DNA from: Anaeromyxobacteraceae bacterium
Lineage (GTDB): Bacteria > Myxococcota > Myxococcia > Myxococcales > Anaeromyxobacteraceae
Length of the DNA: 64,000 bases
Assembly (NCBI GenBank): GCA_047602405.1
Contig: JASGHJ010000002.1
Span: 3,424,001 to 3,488,000 of the forward strand
Direction: 5' to 3'
Part shown: positions 27,698-40,037 of the stretch, piece by piece
Numbering within the stretch: the first letter of the stretch is position 1
Layout: every line of letters starts with the position of its first letter
Translations under genes and position numbers: made by a program
The notes under the pieces: generated by a model
The model's database searches: none
Seen by the model: only the letters and a program-made list of their open reading frames with translations
Told to the model about the DNA's origin: nothing

Positions 27698-28992
27698 GCG
27701 GCCTCCAGCAGCGCCGAGCCGGCCGGGAGCCTGGCCGCGACGAGGCGGGTGGCGCTGTGGCGCAGGCGCGCGTCCGAGATCTTGCCGACCATCTCGCTCG
27801 CGAACGCCCAGACGAGCAGCGCCTGGGCCTCCGCCTCCCCCAGCCCGCGCGAGCGCAGGTAGAAGAGGGCGGCCTCGTCGAGCTGGCCGACCGTGCCGCC
27901 GTGGCCGCACTTCACGTCGTCGGCGAAGATCTCGAGCTGCGGCTTCGTGTCGACGACGGCGTCGTCGGACAGGAGCAGGTTCGAGTTCATCTGGTACGCC
28001 TGCGTCTTCTGCGCGTTCGGCTGCACGACGATGCGGCCCGAGAAGACGCCGCGCGCCTTGCCGTCGAGGATGCCCTTGTAGGTCTCGGCGGTGGTGCAGC
28101 GCGGGACGGCGTGCTCGACCCAGGAGAAGTTGTCGACGAGCTGCGCGCCGTCGGCCATGTACAGGCCGTTCGCGGCGACGGCGGCGCCCTCCCCCGCGAG
28201 CCGGGTGCGGAGCTCCGAGCGGGAGAGCCGCCCGCCGAGCGAGAACGCGTGCGCCGACAGGCTCGCCCCGGCGGCCTGCTCGGCCGCGACGACCCCGACG
28301 TGGAACGCGCCGGGCGCCTCGACCTGCAGGCGCAGGTGCTCCACCTTCGCGCCCTCGCCGAGCATGAGCTCGGTGACGGCGCCGGTGAGGTACGCCGCGG
28401 CGCCGGCGCCGAGGAAGAGCTCCTCGACCGCCGCCTCGGCGCCCGCCCCGGCGACGACGAGCGTGCGCGGGAAGCTCGCGACGGGCGCGGCCTCGGGCGC
28501 GGTCACGTGGACGAGCGCGATCGCGCCGGACTTCACCCCGGGCGGCAGGTACACGAACGCGCCGTCGTCGAAGAGCGCGGTGTTGGCCGCGACGAAGGCG
28601 TGGCCGTCGGCGAGCGCGAGCCGGCCGAGGTGCGGCTTCACCTTCTCGGGCGCCTGCTTCAGGGCGTCGGCGAGCGTGGTCGCGAGCGCGCCCGCGGGCA
28701 GCCCGGCGGTGGACGAGAGGTCCGGTCGCAGGCGGCCGTTCACGAAGACGAGCCGGGGTCCGTCGGCGGCCGGGAGCGCCGCGACGGCGCCCTCGACCGG
28801 CGCCGGCCGGGCGAAGCGCTCCGCGGTGAGCGCGGAGAGGCTCGTGAAGCGCCAGTCCTCGAGCTTCTGCGTCGGGAGGCCGAGCGCCTCGAGCCGGCCC
28901 AGCGCCGCCTTCCGCGCGTCGGCGAGCCACGCGGGCTCGCCCGGCCGCGCGGCGTAGGCCGCGACGAGGCTCTGGTGCGCGGGGGTGGTCAC
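27694..28992 (-). CDS. sufD: Fe-S cluster assembly protein SufD
   Basis: EDWRFT, NLLLS...[26 protein letters not shown]. Confidence 0.95.
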   Translation of the reverse strand: MTTPAHQSLVAAYAARPGEPAWLADARKAALGRLEALGLPTQKLEDWRFTSLSALTAERFARPAPVEGAVAALPAADGPRLVFVNGRLRPDLSSTAGLPAGALATTLADALKQAPEKVKPHLGRLALADGHAFVAANTALFDDGAFVYLPPGVKSGAIALVHVTAPEAAPVASFPRTLVVAGAGAEAAVEELFLGAGAAAYLTGAVTELMLGEGAKVEHLRLQVEAPGAFHVGVVAAEQAAGASLSAHAFSLGGRLSRSELRTRLAGEGAAVAANGLYMADGAQLVDNFSWVEHAVPRCTTAETYKGILDGKARGVFSGRIVVQPNAQKTQAYQMNSNLLLSDDAVVDTKPQLEIFADDVKCGHGGTVGQLDEAALFYLRSRGLGEAEAQALLVWAFASEMVGKISDARLRHSATRLVAARLPAGSALLEAA

Positions 28993-29795
28993 GGCCGCGC
29001 TGCCTTCCCGCCGGCTGCGACCTCGGGCGTCTGCCCGGCGACCCAGGCGTAGCCTGTCTTCTCGAGCTCCTCCGCCATCTCCGGCCCGCCGGAGCGGACG
29101 ATCCTGCCGGCCGCCATCACGTGCACGTGGTCGGGCGGGATGTACTCGAGGAGCCGCTTGTAGTGGGTGACGAGCAGGATGGCGCGGTCGGAGCGGCGGA
29201 GCGCGTTCACGCCCTTCGCGACGACGCGGAGCGCGTCGATGTCGAGGCCGGAGTCGATCTCGTCGAGGATCGCGAGGCGGGGCTCGAGCACCGCCATCTG
29301 GAAGACCTCGTTGCGCTTTTTCTCGCCGCCGGAGAAGCCCTCGTTGACCGAGCGGCTGCCGAAGGCCGGGTCGAGCTCGACGAGCTTCATCTTCTCCTTG
29401 GCGAGGGAGAGGAAGTCCATCGCGTCGAGCTCCTCCTCGCCGCGCGCGCGGCGGACGGCGTTGAGCGCGGTGCGGAGGAAGAAGAGGTTGCCGACGCCCG
29501 GGATCTCCACCGGGTACTGGAAGCCCAGGAACACGCCCTTCGCGGCGCGCGCCTCGGGCGCGAGCGCGAGGAGGTCCTCGCCGAGGTAGGTGGCCTTGCC
29601 GCCGGTGACCTCGTAGTTGGGCCGCCCCGCGAGCACGCTCGCGAGCGTCGACTTGCCGGAGCCGTTCGGCCCCATGATCGCGTGCACCTCGCCCGGCCGG
29701 AGCACGAGGTTCACACCCTTCAGGATGTCCTTCTCGCCGATGCGGGCGGTGAGCCCCGCGACCTCGAGCAGCGTCTGCTTCGCGTCCGTCGTCAT
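28989..29795 (-). CDS. sufC: Fe-S cluster assembly ATPase SufC
   Basis: [33 protein letters not shown]. Confidence 0.95.
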   Translation of the reverse strand: MTTDAKQTLLEVAGLTARIGEKDILKGVNLVLRPGEVHAIMGPNGSGKSTLASVLAGRPNYEVTGGKATYLGEDLLALAPEARAAKGVFLGFQYPVEIPGVGNLFFLRTALNAVRRARGEEELDAMDFLSLAKEKMKLVELDPAFGSRSVNEGFSGGEKKRNEVFQMAVLEPRLAILDEIDSGLDIDALRVVAKGVNALRRSDRAILLVTHYKRLLEYIPPDHVHVMAAGRIVRSGGPEMAEELEKTGYAWVAGQTPEVAAGGKAARP

Positions 29796-29801
29796 CCGTG
29801 A

Positions 29802-31238
<1,437 letters not shown>

Positions 31239-31242
<4 letters not shown>

Positions 31243-31727
31243 GACGGTGCTCCGATGCGGACGAGCGGGGGATCGGTGGGCGAGGGCGCGGCGGCCTCGC
31301 CGGCGGCGGTGGTGCCGTCGCCGGCGCGGTAGGGCGCGAGCGCGGCGAGCGAGAGGCCCGCGAGCGCGCCGTGTACGGCGCGCGTGACCGGGTCCCAGCT
31401 CGCCTTGGCCGGACAGGTCTGCTCGATGTCGCACGCGGCGTGGCCGGGGGTGGAGCAGTCGGTGAAGCCGATGGGCCCCTCGAGGGCCTCCACGATCTCG
31501 GCGACGCTGATCTGCTCGGCGGGGCGGGCGAGGCCGTAGCCGCCCCGCCGGCCGCGGGTCGAGGTGACGAGCCCGGCCCGGGAGAGGGCCTTCGCGAGCT
31601 TCGACACCGTGGGCTGGGGCACCCGCGACCGCGCCGAGAGCTCCTGGGCGGTGAGCGTCCCCTCGCTCCGCGCGAGGTGCGCGAGGAGCACGATGGCGTA
31701 GTCGGTGAGCCTCGACATCCGGATCAT
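31239..31727 (-). CDS. SUF-system Rrf2-family transcriptional regulator
   Basis: [20 protein letters not shown], three C-terminal Cys; first gene of the suf operon. Confidence 0.9.
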
Positions 31728-31756
31728 GGCTGAGCTCGGACGACCCGGCCGAAAGC

Positions 31757-31814
31757 TTCGTGGACGCTTCCGGTCCGGATTCGGCGCCGAATGTAAACGG
31801 AACCGGTCCGGATT
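31757..31814. promoter_or_regulatory. Two 25-bp imperfect palindromes (candidate Rrf2 operators)
   Basis: TTCGTGGAC-N7-GTCCGGATT (31757-31781) and AATGTAAAC-N7-GTCCGGATT (31790-31814). Confidence 0.55.
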
Positions 31815-31855
31815 ACCAGCGGGGTTGAGACCCTCACCCGGCTAACCCTTTCGGG

Positions 31856-32413
31856 CTAACCAGGCTCGACCGCCGCCCGGACGAGCGGCCCGTCGACCGC
31901 CTCGCCGTCGACCTCGGCGTAGAGGTGCCCCTCCACGAAGGTGAGGGTCGCCTTCACCCTCCGTTGATCGTGCGCGGCGAGCGCGCGGAGGAGCTCCGGC
32001 TCGAGCGCGGCGAGCTCCACCTGCGCGAGCCGCTTCATGCCCCCGGCCCGGGCCTCCTCCACGAAAGCCTCCAGGCGCCGCGGCCCGTCGAACAGCACCG
32101 CCACGCGCGCGCCGCGGTTCTGGTTCACGTCGCGCTCGATGCGCGCCGGCTCGGGGCGGCCCACGCGCGCGAGCAGCGCGACCCGCCCGTCGAGCGTGGG
32201 CGCGACGAGATCCGGCGCGTCCGGGTCGGACAGGCCCGCCCCGAAGGTGAGCCCCTCGCGCCACAGCCAGCCCGCGGCGACGACGCGGAGCCAGAGCCGC
32301 TCGATCGTCTCGGACGGATGACGCGCCGCGGAGAGCGAGACCTCGTGCTCCTGACCCTCGTCGGCGTGGACGATGCGCAGCTCGAACCGGTGCAGCGTGG
32401 ACGGGAGGGCCAT
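31856..32413 (-). CDS. yaeQ: YaeQ family protein
   Basis: MALPSTLHRF, ARHPSET.ERL, FGAGLSDPDAPDL. Confidence 0.85.
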   Translation of the reverse strand: MALPSTLHRFELRIVHADEGQEHEVSLSAARHPSETIERLWLRVVAAGWLWREGLTFGAGLSDPDAPDLVAPTLDGRVALLARVGRPEPARIERDVNQNRGARVAVLFDGPRRLEAFVEEARAGGMKRLAQVELAALEPELLRALAAHDQRRVKATLTFVEGHLYAEVDGEAVDGPLVRAAVEPG

Positions 32414-32526
32414 GAGGGGGTGTAGGTGGGTGTCCCTGGTGCGGGGGATGCGGTGTGGTGGGAGGAGGTCGCTGACTATCGCGGGGCGCGCCCGGCGTCT
32501 ACACTCGCGACCGGAGGCCCTTCCTC

Positions 32527-33255
32527 TTGGTGCTCACCGCCACCCTGCTCGCGCTGACGACCCTCGCCGAGCCAAAGCTCCCGCCGAAGCCGACGACGGC
32601 CGCGACGGCTGCTCCGTCGACGACCTCGACCTCGAAGCCCGCCGCGTCCGGCGAGGCCCAGCCCGCGACCGCGGCCCCGGCGAAGCCGGCGCCCGCGACG
32701 CCCGCCGCAGCGCCTCCGCCCGCCGTCGCCGTGCCGGTCGCCGACCCCGGCTATCCGGAGTGGGGCACGGCGATCGACGCCGGCATCCCGGGCGGCGTGA
32801 ACCTCGACGTCATCTACCGCCCCATCCCGTTCATCCGGCTCTGGGCCGGCCCGGCCTGGAATTACGCCGCGTTCGGCTTCCAGGGCGGCGCGGGCGTCGC
32901 GCTCGCCAACTGGGGCATCACGCCGGTGCTCTCGGTCGAGGCGGGGCGCTACTTCTCGACCGACGTCGCGCAGTTCGTGAAGGGCGGCGGCAGCGTCCCG
33001 GACGAGATGAAGCCGCTCCTCCAGAAGATCTCGCTCAACTACGCGGCGGCCCTGCTCGGGTTCGAGTTCGGGAGCCCGCGGGGCTTCTCCTTCGCGCTGC
33101 GCCTCGGGCTCGCGCGCATGTCGCTCGCGACGCACGGCTCGGGCACGTTCACGCAGGACAACGGCCAGGGCGGCACGACCTCGGTGAAGTTCACCGATCC
33201 TCGGTTCACGGCGACGGCGCCCGCGCTGAAGCTCGGCTTCCAGTACTGGTTCTAG
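32527..33255 (+). CDS. Putative outer-membrane beta-barrel protein
   Basis: Signal peptide, Pro/Ala linker, amphipathic strands, C-terminal LGFQYWF. Confidence 0.7.
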   Translation: MVLTATLLALTTLAEPKLPPKPTTAATAAPSTTSTSKPAASGEAQPATAAPAKPAPATPAAAPPPAVAVPVADPGYPEWGTAIDAGIPGGVNLDVIYRPIPFIRLWAGPAWNYAAFGFQGGAGVALANWGITPVLSVEAGRYFSTDVAQFVKGGGSVPDEMKPLLQKISLNYAAALLGFEFGSPRGFSFALRLGLARMSLATHGSGTFTQDNGQGGTTSVKFTDPRFTATAPALKLGFQYWF

Positions 33256-33265
33256 GGACGACCCC

Positions 33266-33841
33266 ATGCGCCGCTCGAAGCCCACGCTCCTCGCCGCCGC
33301 GCTGGCCCTCCTCGTGGCCTGCGGCGGCCCGCTGCTCTACGTCGAGGTGACCATCCCCGAGCTCGAGGTCACCCTGCCCGGCCAGACGGTGCCCGCCTTC
33401 ACCGGCCTCCCCACGCCCAACATCTCCTGCGGCACGAACTGCCTCTTCACCGAGCTCGAGTACGACCTCGGCGACTCGGTGCCGCTCCTCGGCGAGAAGA
33501 ACGTCGACGTCGACCTGCGCATGACGCAGATGAACATGAAGATCGACGCGGGCGTGAACGACCTCGGCGGCGTGAAGTCGGTGACGCTGAAGCTCGTCGA
33601 CCCCGCCGACCCGACGCGGATGATCACCGCCGCCTCGTACTACCGGTCGGCGCCCCACGTGCAGAGCTTCACGGTGAGCGGCAACGCGAACCTCGACCTC
33701 GGCTCCTACCTGCAGGGCACGAAGTTCAAGGGGCGCGCGGAGCTCATCTACGACGCCCCGATGCCGGAGTTCACCGCCACCATCGGCGCGATGTTCTCGC
33801 TCGTGCTGAAGGTGGACTACGGGACCTACGTGGGACTGTAG
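33266..33841 (+). CDS. Hypothetical lipoprotein
   Basis: Lipobox LVAC; beta-rich; co-oriented 10 bp after the barrel gene. Confidence 0.7.
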   Translation: MRRSKPTLLAAALALLVACGGPLLYVEVTIPELEVTLPGQTVPAFTGLPTPNISCGTNCLFTELEYDLGDSVPLLGEKNVDVDLRMTQMNMKIDAGVNDLGGVKSVTLKLVDPADPTRMITAASYYRSAPHVQSFTVSGNANLDLGSYLQGTKFKGRAELIYDAPMPEFTATIGAMFSLVLKVDYGTYVGL

Positions 33842-33844
33842 CGG

Positions 33845-35669
33845 TCAGGCCTGCTTCACGAGGCCCAGCACCGCCTCGCCGTGCTCGGCCAGCTTCTTCG
33901 GGCCGATCCCGCTGATCTCCCCGAGCGCGTCGAGGTCTCGCGGGCGCGCCTCGGCAATCGCGGCGAGCGTCGCGTCCGGGAAGACGACGTAGGCCGGGAC
34001 ACCCTTCGCGCGCGCGGTCGCGCTCCGCCAGGCGCGGAGGGCCTCGAACAGAATCGGCAGCCTCGGCGTCCGTCCGTTCGTCCCGAGCGTAGGGTCCGCG
34101 AAGCGGACCCGGAGACGAGGGACGCCCCGCGTTCTTCCGCGACCGTCCCTTCCCCGGCACCGGCGGCGCCGACGCCATGATCTCGGCGCCGGTGCACCGA
34201 TCGCAGGCGTCGCCGCAGGCCTCGGCGTCCTCGCCGAAGTGCCCCACCAGCGCGGCGTGCCGGCAGCCCTCGCCCTCGGCGAGCCGGAACATCGCCCGCA
34301 CCTGCGCGCGCTGCCAGCCCGCGACCTCCGCGTCCTCCCCGTCGAGGAGCCGCTCCCAGCTCATCACGTCGGCCCAGGAGTACAGCATCACGACGTCGGA
34401 CGGCTTCCCGTCGCGACCGGCGCGGCCAATCTCCTGGTAGTAGGCCTCGATCGTGCGCGGGAGGTCGCGGTGCACGACGTAGCGGATGTCCGGCTTGTCG
34501 ATGCCCATCCCGAACGCGACGGTCGCGACGACGACGTCGAGCGCCCCCGCCTGGAAGGCGTCCTGCACCCGCGCGCGCTGCTCGGGCTCGAGCCCGGCGT
34601 GGTAGGCCTCCGCGCGGATGCGGTGGCCGCGCAGCATCGTCGCGATCTCCTCGGTGGACTTGCGCGACAGGGCGTAGACGATGCCGCTCTCCCCGCGCCG
34701 CGCGCGGACGATGCGCAGGATCGCCTCGCGCGCGGTGACGCCCTCGCCCTTCTTCATGGCGTGGATGCGCAGGTTCTTGCGGAGGAAGGAGCCCTTCACG
34801 ACGAGCGGGTCCTTCATCGCGAGCTGCCGGGCGATGTCGCGCACGACCTCGGGCGTCGCGGTCGCGGTGAGCGCGAGCACCGGCGCGCCGAAGCGCTCGC
34901 GCAGCCCGGCGAGGTTGCGGTAGGCGGGGCGGAAGTCGTGGCCCCAGGCGCTGATGCAGTGGGCCTCGTCGACGGCGAGGAGCGAGAGCTTCACGCCCTC
35001 GAGCGCGCTCCCCACCGAGGCCTCGAGCCCCTCCGGCGCCGCGTAGAGGAGCTCGAGCTCGCCGCGGCGGAGCGCGCGCACGCGGTCGCGGCGCTCCTCC
35101 GGCGCGAGGCTCGAGTTGAGGAAGGCCGCGCGCAGGCCCACCCGCGACATCGCGTCGACCTGGTCCTTCATGAGCGCGATGAGCGGCGAGATGACGAGCG
35201 TCGTGCCGCCGAGGAGGCGCGCCGGGATCTGGTAGGTGAGCGACTTGCCGGCGCCGGTCGGCATCACGCCGACGCAGTCGCGCCCCTTCAGCACCGCCTC
35301 GACGATCGGCGCCTGCCCCGGCCGCCAGGCGGCGTGGCCGAAGGTCGCCCGCAGAACCTCGCGGGCGCGCTCCGCGGCCTCGGCGGCCGGGATGGCGGGC
35401 GGCGCCGCGAGCGGCAGCGAGGACTGCTCGCGACGGGCCGGCGCGGCCTCGAGCTCGCGCGCCAGCGCGCGGAGGCGGTCGATCGAGGCCGGCGTGAAGA
35501 GCGCGGGCCTCGCCCGCCAGCGCGCGCGGAGCGCCGTCAGGCGCTCGAGACACGAGCGGCGCGCCTCGGGGCTCCGATCGCCGCCCCGCCACTCCTGGCC
35601 GAGCTGCGCGATCTGCTCCTCGAGGGCGCGCCGATCTCGCGCCTCGGTCTCTTCGGTGCCGTTCGTCAC
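33845..35669 (-). CDS. recQ: ATP-dependent DNA helicase RecQ with HRDC domain (apparent frameshift at ~34052)
   Basis: PTGAGKS, DEAHCISAWGHDFRP, ATVAFGMGIDK, QEIGRAGRDG, CDRC. Removing one base restores DLFEALRAWR...VPAYVVF (HRDC). Confidence 0.9.
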
Positions 35670-35736
35670 GCCGGCCCCAGCCTACGACGAACCTGGGACA
35701 GGGCGTGACGGACGGCGGGTCACCGAGAGGTCGGTC

Positions 35737-36561
35737 CTACTTCCCGAGCTTCGCGTCCTCGACGATGACCGGGTACGGGTGGCCCGTGCCGAAGTCCTTG
35801 TCGACCTGGACCTTGCCCTTCACGACGACGACGTCGCCCACGTTGACCTTCTCGTTCGTGGTGACGGTGAGGTCGTTCGTGTTGGCGGCGCCGGTGCCGT
35901 CGCGGAGGTGGAGCCAGTTGCGGCCCATGATGCCCTCGTTGAACTTCACGACCTTGCCGCGGACCGAGACGGCCTTGTCCTTGAGCGCGGTGCGCTGCGC
36001 GTGGACCTCGGCGATCGTGCGGGCGTCCGCGCCGGTGGCCTTGTCGACCTTCACGTCGCCGACGTCGGGCACGTTCGCCGCGGCCGCGTGCTGCGCGGCC
36101 ATGTCGGGCATGCCGCCCGTGGGCGCGCCGCCCATACCGGGGGGCGGCATCCCGCCGCCCATGCCGCCGGGCATCCCGCCGGTCGGCGGCGGGCCGCCCT
36201 GCGCGTGCGGGACGGCGGGCGAGCCGCCGAGCGAGCCGAAGTACACGAGCTCGAACTTCCGGTTGAGGGTCTTCGACTCGAAGTCCTTCATCGGGATCGC
36301 GCCGGCGACCGTCACCTCGGCGCCGACCGCGGCGTCGGTCTTCGGGACGGCGGTCCAGGTCTCGCCCTGGGTGGCGGCGATCTTGAGGTAGCTGTAGGGC
36401 GGCGCGTCGAGCTTCTCGAGCACCTTGCCCTTCACCTCGGTCATCCCGGCGGGCGGGGCCGGCATCGCCGCGGTGGGGGCGGCGGCCGTCGTGACGGGCT
36501 CCTGCTTCTTGCACGCGGCGAGCGCCAGCGCGGCGAGGACGACGGTGGACAGGCGACGCAT
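35737..36561 (-). CDS. Lipoprotein with tandem OB-folds (NrfJ-like)
   Basis: Lipobox LAAC; GKVLEKLDAPPYSY, FESKTLNRKF, IMGRNWLHLRDGT, DKDFGTG. Confidence 0.7.
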   Translation of the reverse strand: MRRLSTVVLAALALAACKKQEPVTTAAAPTAAMPAPPAGMTEVKGKVLEKLDAPPYSYLKIAATQGETWTAVPKTDAAVGAEVTVAGAIPMKDFESKTLNRKFELVYFGSLGGSPAVPHAQGGPPPTGGMPGGMGGGMPPPGMGGAPTGGMPDMAAQHAAAANVPDVGDVKVDKATGADARTIAEVHAQRTALKDKAVSVRGKVVKFNEGIMGRNWLHLRDGTGAANTNDLTVTTNEKVNVGDVVVVKGKVQVDKDFGTGHPYPVIVEDAKLGK

Positions 36562-36733
36562 CTTGAACTCCTGGGAGTGGGTCAGGCGGTTACGGGGACC
36601 GCTTTATAACTCAGGTGGCCGGGGTTTCGATCCCGCCGGGGGGGCCTTTTCGGTAAGGGGCGCACGCAACCCTTGCGTCCGTCCTCGTAAACGCCCGGAG
36701 ACCTCGGCCGCCCCGCGGGGATCCGTGCGGCGT

Positions 36734-37495
36734 TCAGCCGCGGAGCCGCCAGCCGGAGCGGAGGATGGCGTAGGCCGCGCCCGTCGCGACGACCGCGAGG
36801 AGGCCGAGCGCCGCGAGCCCGGCCCAGGGGGAAGTGTCGGAGACGCCGAGCATCCCGTAGCGGAGCCCGTCGACCATGTAGAAGACCGGGTTCCAGAGCG
36901 TGAACGCGCGCAGGCCCGGCGGCAGCATGTCGACCGAGTAGAAGACGCCGCCGAGGAAGGTGAGCGGCGTGATGATGAACGTCGGCACCACGTTCACCTG
37001 CTCGAAGCTCTTCGCCCAGATGGCGGTGATGAGCCCCACCGAGGCGAAGCCGATGGCGGCGAGCACGAGCAGGCCGAGCGCGAGCAGCGGGTGGGCGAGC
37101 TCGAAGCCCTCGAAGACGCCCGCGACGAGCCAGGTCACGCCGCCCACGATGAAGCCGCGGACGACCGCCGCGACCACCATGCCGACGAGGATCTCCGCGT
37201 AGGCGAGCGGCGAGACCAGCAGGTCCACGATGGTGCCCTGCAGCTTCATCACGAACATCGAGGAGGCGGTGTTGAGGTAGGCGTTCGTGACGACGCCGAG
37301 CGCGACGAGGCCGGGCACGATGAACTGCGCGTAGGGCACGCCGTGGATCTCGCGCAGGCGCCCGCCGAGCGACCAGCCGAACACCACGAAGTAGAGCGCG
37401 GTCGTGACCACCGGGGAGAGCACGGTCTGGCCGGGGACCCGGAGGAACCGGCGGGTCTCCTTCGCGACGAGCGTGCGCAGGCCGACGCCAATCAC
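36734..37495 (-). CDS. ABC-2 transporter permease (YadH-like)
   Basis: KETRRFLR..QT, FIVPGL, PLTFLGGVFYS, NPVFYMVDGLRYG. Confidence 0.9.
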   Translation of the reverse strand: MIGVGLRTLVAKETRRFLRVPGQTVLSPVVTTALYFVVFGWSLGGRLREIHGVPYAQFIVPGLVALGVVTNAYLNTASSMFVMKLQGTIVDLLVSPLAYAEILVGMVVAAVVRGFIVGGVTWLVAGVFEGFELAHPLLALGLLVLAAIGFASVGLITAIWAKSFEQVNVVPTFIITPLTFLGGVFYSVDMLPPGLRAFTLWNPVFYMVDGLRYGMLGVSDTSPWAGLAALGLLAVVATGAAYAILRSGWRLRG

Positions 37496-38421
37496 GCTGC
37501 GTCCCTCCCGCCCGACACGAGCCGGACGAACACGTCCTCGAGCGTGGTGCGGCGGGTCTCGGCGTCCTTCACCTCGAGCCCCGCGGCCTGGACGGCGCGC
37601 AGCGCCGGGCCGAGCTGCGCCGAGCCCCCGGCCTCGATCGAGAGCACGGCGCCGCCGGCCTCGAGCCGCCCGCCGAGCTCGGCGAGCGCCGGCGGCAGCG
37701 TGGCGGCCGGGCGCTCGAGCACGAGCCGGAACGTCCGGCCGCCGTAGCGGCGGAGCAGCGCCTCCTTCTCCTCGACCACCACGAGCTTCCCGTGGTCGAT
37801 GACCCCGACACGGTCGGCGAGCTCCTCGGCCTCCTCGAGGTAGTGCGTCGTGAGGACGACGGTGGTGCCGCGGGCGCGCAGCGTGCGGACGTAGGCCCAG
37901 AGCGAGCGGCGGAGCTCCACGTCGACGCCCGCGGTCGGCTCGTCGAGGAAGAGCACCTTCGGCTCGTGGACGAGGGCCTTGCCGATGAGGAGGCGGCGCT
38001 TCATGCCGCCGGAGAGCGCGCGGGTGTTCTCGCCCCGCTTGGACGCGAGGTCGAGCGCGGTCAGGATCTCCTCGAGGCGTGCGTCGGCGAGGCGCAGGCC
38101 GAAGTACCCGGCCTGGAAGCGCAGCGTCTCCTCGACCGTGAGGAAGGGGTCGAAGTTGAGCTCCTGCGGCACGAGGCCGATCGCACGGCGCGTGAAGCGG
38201 TAGTCCCGGACGACGTCCTTCCCGAGCACCGTGACGGTGCCGGAGGTGGCCCTGAGGAGGCCCGCCACGATGGAGATGAGCGTGGTCTTCCCCGCGCCGT
38301 TCGGGCCGAGCAGCGCGAAGATCTCGCCGTCCCTCACGTCGAGGTCGACGCCGTCGACGGCCGTGAAGGCCTTGAACCGCTTCGAGACCTTTTCGATGGA
38401 GACGACCGGGGGGGCGGTCAC
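37492..38421 (-). CDS. ABC transporter ATP-binding protein (YadG-like)
   Basis: GPNGAGKTT, LSGGMKRR, LDEPTAGVD. Confidence 0.9.
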   Translation of the reverse strand: MTAPPVVSIEKVSKRFKAFTAVDGVDLDVRDGEIFALLGPNGAGKTTLISIVAGLLRATSGTVTVLGKDVVRDYRFTRRAIGLVPQELNFDPFLTVEETLRFQAGYFGLRLADARLEEILTALDLASKRGENTRALSGGMKRRLLIGKALVHEPKVLFLDEPTAGVDVELRRSLWAYVRTLRARGTTVVLTTHYLEEAEELADRVGVIDHGKLVVVEEKEALLRRYGGRTFRLVLERPAATLPPALAELGGRLEAGGAVLSIEAGGSAQLGPALRAVQAAGLEVKDAETRRTTLEDVFVRLVSGGRDAA

Positions 38422-38481
38422 GCGGCCGGTTTATACCGCGGGCCGGGCGGGCGCGCAGGGGCCGGGAGCCCTCCGGCGCCC

Positions 38482-39309
38482 TCAGCGGGCCCGCGGCCGC
38501 GGCGAGCGGCACACCGCGAGGAGCCCGAAGGCGCGGGAAGCCGGCTCCTGACCGGGGTCGAGCGGGGAGAACCGCACGTCCTCGTTCGCGAACCGCTCCG
38601 CCTGCCGCGCGGCCGGATCGCGCAGGAAAGGGAGCCGCTTCCCGAGTGATCTACGCCACTTCCACGCGGCGCGGGCCAGCCCCTTCTTCCGGGAGTCGGC
38701 GACGCCCCCGACGAGCGCCGCGCGCTTGCGCTCGTCCGCGAGGTCCTGCCCCAGGAGCTCGCAGCGTTCGAAGTAGAGCGAGGTCAGCCACGCGAGCTGC
38801 GCCGGGGTGAACTCCTGCACGTGATGGACGTTCCAGCGGACGTTCAGCTCGAGGGTCATGACGCGGTTCGGGCACCCGATGACCGCCACGCCGCCCGGGC
38901 GGAGCAACCGCGAGACGTTCTCGACGAACGTGTAGTAGCGCTCGGTGTGCTCGACCACGTCGAACGAGAAGACGAAGTCGAAGCGCTCGGCGAGCGTCAC
39001 GGGGAGGCGCGGGTCCTCGAGGTCCGCAACCGCGAACGTCGTGTTGGGCTTCGCGTACCGGCGCCGCGCGTGGTCGATCGAGACGGGGGAGCGGTCGAGC
39101 CCGAGCACCTCGCCGGCGCGCTCGGCGAGGAGCGCGACCCCGTAGCCCGAGCCGCAGCCGAAGTCGAGGACCCGGGCGCCCGCGAGCGGAAAGGCGTCGC
39201 GGGCCCACAGGTAGCGCGACTCGTGGCCCACGGAGCAGAAGGTGGCGCCGTGCGGGGCGTCCTCATCCGGGACGTACCGGACGTCACCGTCGGCCTGGCC
39301 GATCCTCAT
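38482..39309 (-). CDS. Class I SAM-dependent methyltransferase
   Basis: HESRY, VLDFGCGSGYG, SFDVVEH, HHVQEF. Confidence 0.85.
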   Translation of the reverse strand: MRIGQADGDVRYVPDEDAPHGATFCSVGHESRYLWARDAFPLAGARVLDFGCGSGYGVALLAERAGEVLGLDRSPVSIDHARRRYAKPNTTFAVADLEDPRLPVTLAERFDFVFSFDVVEHTERYYTFVENVSRLLRPGGVAVIGCPNRVMTLELNVRWNVHHVQEFTPAQLAWLTSLYFERCELLGQDLADERKRAALVGGVADSRKKGLARAAWKWRRSLGKRLPFLRDPAARQAERFANEDVRFSPLDPGQEPASRAFGLLAVCRSPRPRAR

Positions 39310-39443
39310 GGCGTGCAGCGGAGCACACCGGCCGGCAGGACCACAAGTGAAGCCATCGGCGCCAATTGGGCCTCGCGTCCCGGAGTACCTCACGGGTGCG
39401 GGCCGCGCCCGTAACGAACCCCGGGGTCCCGCGACTCACCTCC

Positions 39444-40037
39444 ATGATCCACGCCCTTTCCGTCACCTTCCGCGAGGCGGCCCCCGCCGAGCTCGACGTG
39501 CTCGTGCGCATCGACGACGACGCCGCGACGCTCTACGAGGAGGCCGGGCTCGACTTCTCGGGCCCCGCGATCCGGGCCTTCGTCGACGCGGAGCAGGCGC
39601 GCTGGCGCAGGGCGGCCGAGGCTCACCGGGTCGAGCTCGCGGTCGACGCGCAGGGCGAGGCGGTCGGCTTCGTCGCGCTGGGGTTCGTCGACGGGCAGCC
39701 CTACGTCGACCAGCTCTCCGTCGTGCGTCGCGCGATGCGGCGCGGCGTCGGGCGGGCGCTGCTCGCGCGGGCGCTCGCCTGGAGCGAACGCGCGGGTGCG
39801 CTCTGGCTGACGACGTACGCGCACCTCCCCTGGAACGCGCCGATGTACGAGCGCGCGGGCTTCACGCGCGTGGAGGAGTCGGGGTGCGGCCCCGAGCTCC
39901 GCGCGATCCTCCGCGAGGAGCGTGCCGCCTTGCCGAGCCCGGAGCAGCGCCTCGCGATGGTACGCAGGCCGCGCGTCAGCGGCGGACGGGCCTCCCCGTC
40001 GCCGCCTGGGGCTCCTCCTCGGCCATCGCGGACGTGA
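39444..40037 (+). CDS. GNAT-family N-acetyltransferase
   Basis: QLSV...RRGVGRALL, LTTY..LPWNAPMYERAGF. Confidence 0.85.
   Translation: MIHALSVTFREAAPAELDVLVRIDDDAATLYEEAGLDFSGPAIRAFVDAEQARWRRAAEAHRVELAVDAQGEAVGFVALGFVDGQPYVDQLSVVRRAMRRGVGRALLARALAWSERAGALWLTTYAHLPWNAPMYERAGFTRVEESGCGPELRAILREERAALPSPEQRLAMVRRPRVSGGRASPSPPGAPPRPSRT

Noticed and set aside
39976..40037. 62-bp convergent overlap of the GNAT and YtxH genes
   Set aside because: Both tails are low-complexity run-ons typical of high-GC genomes.
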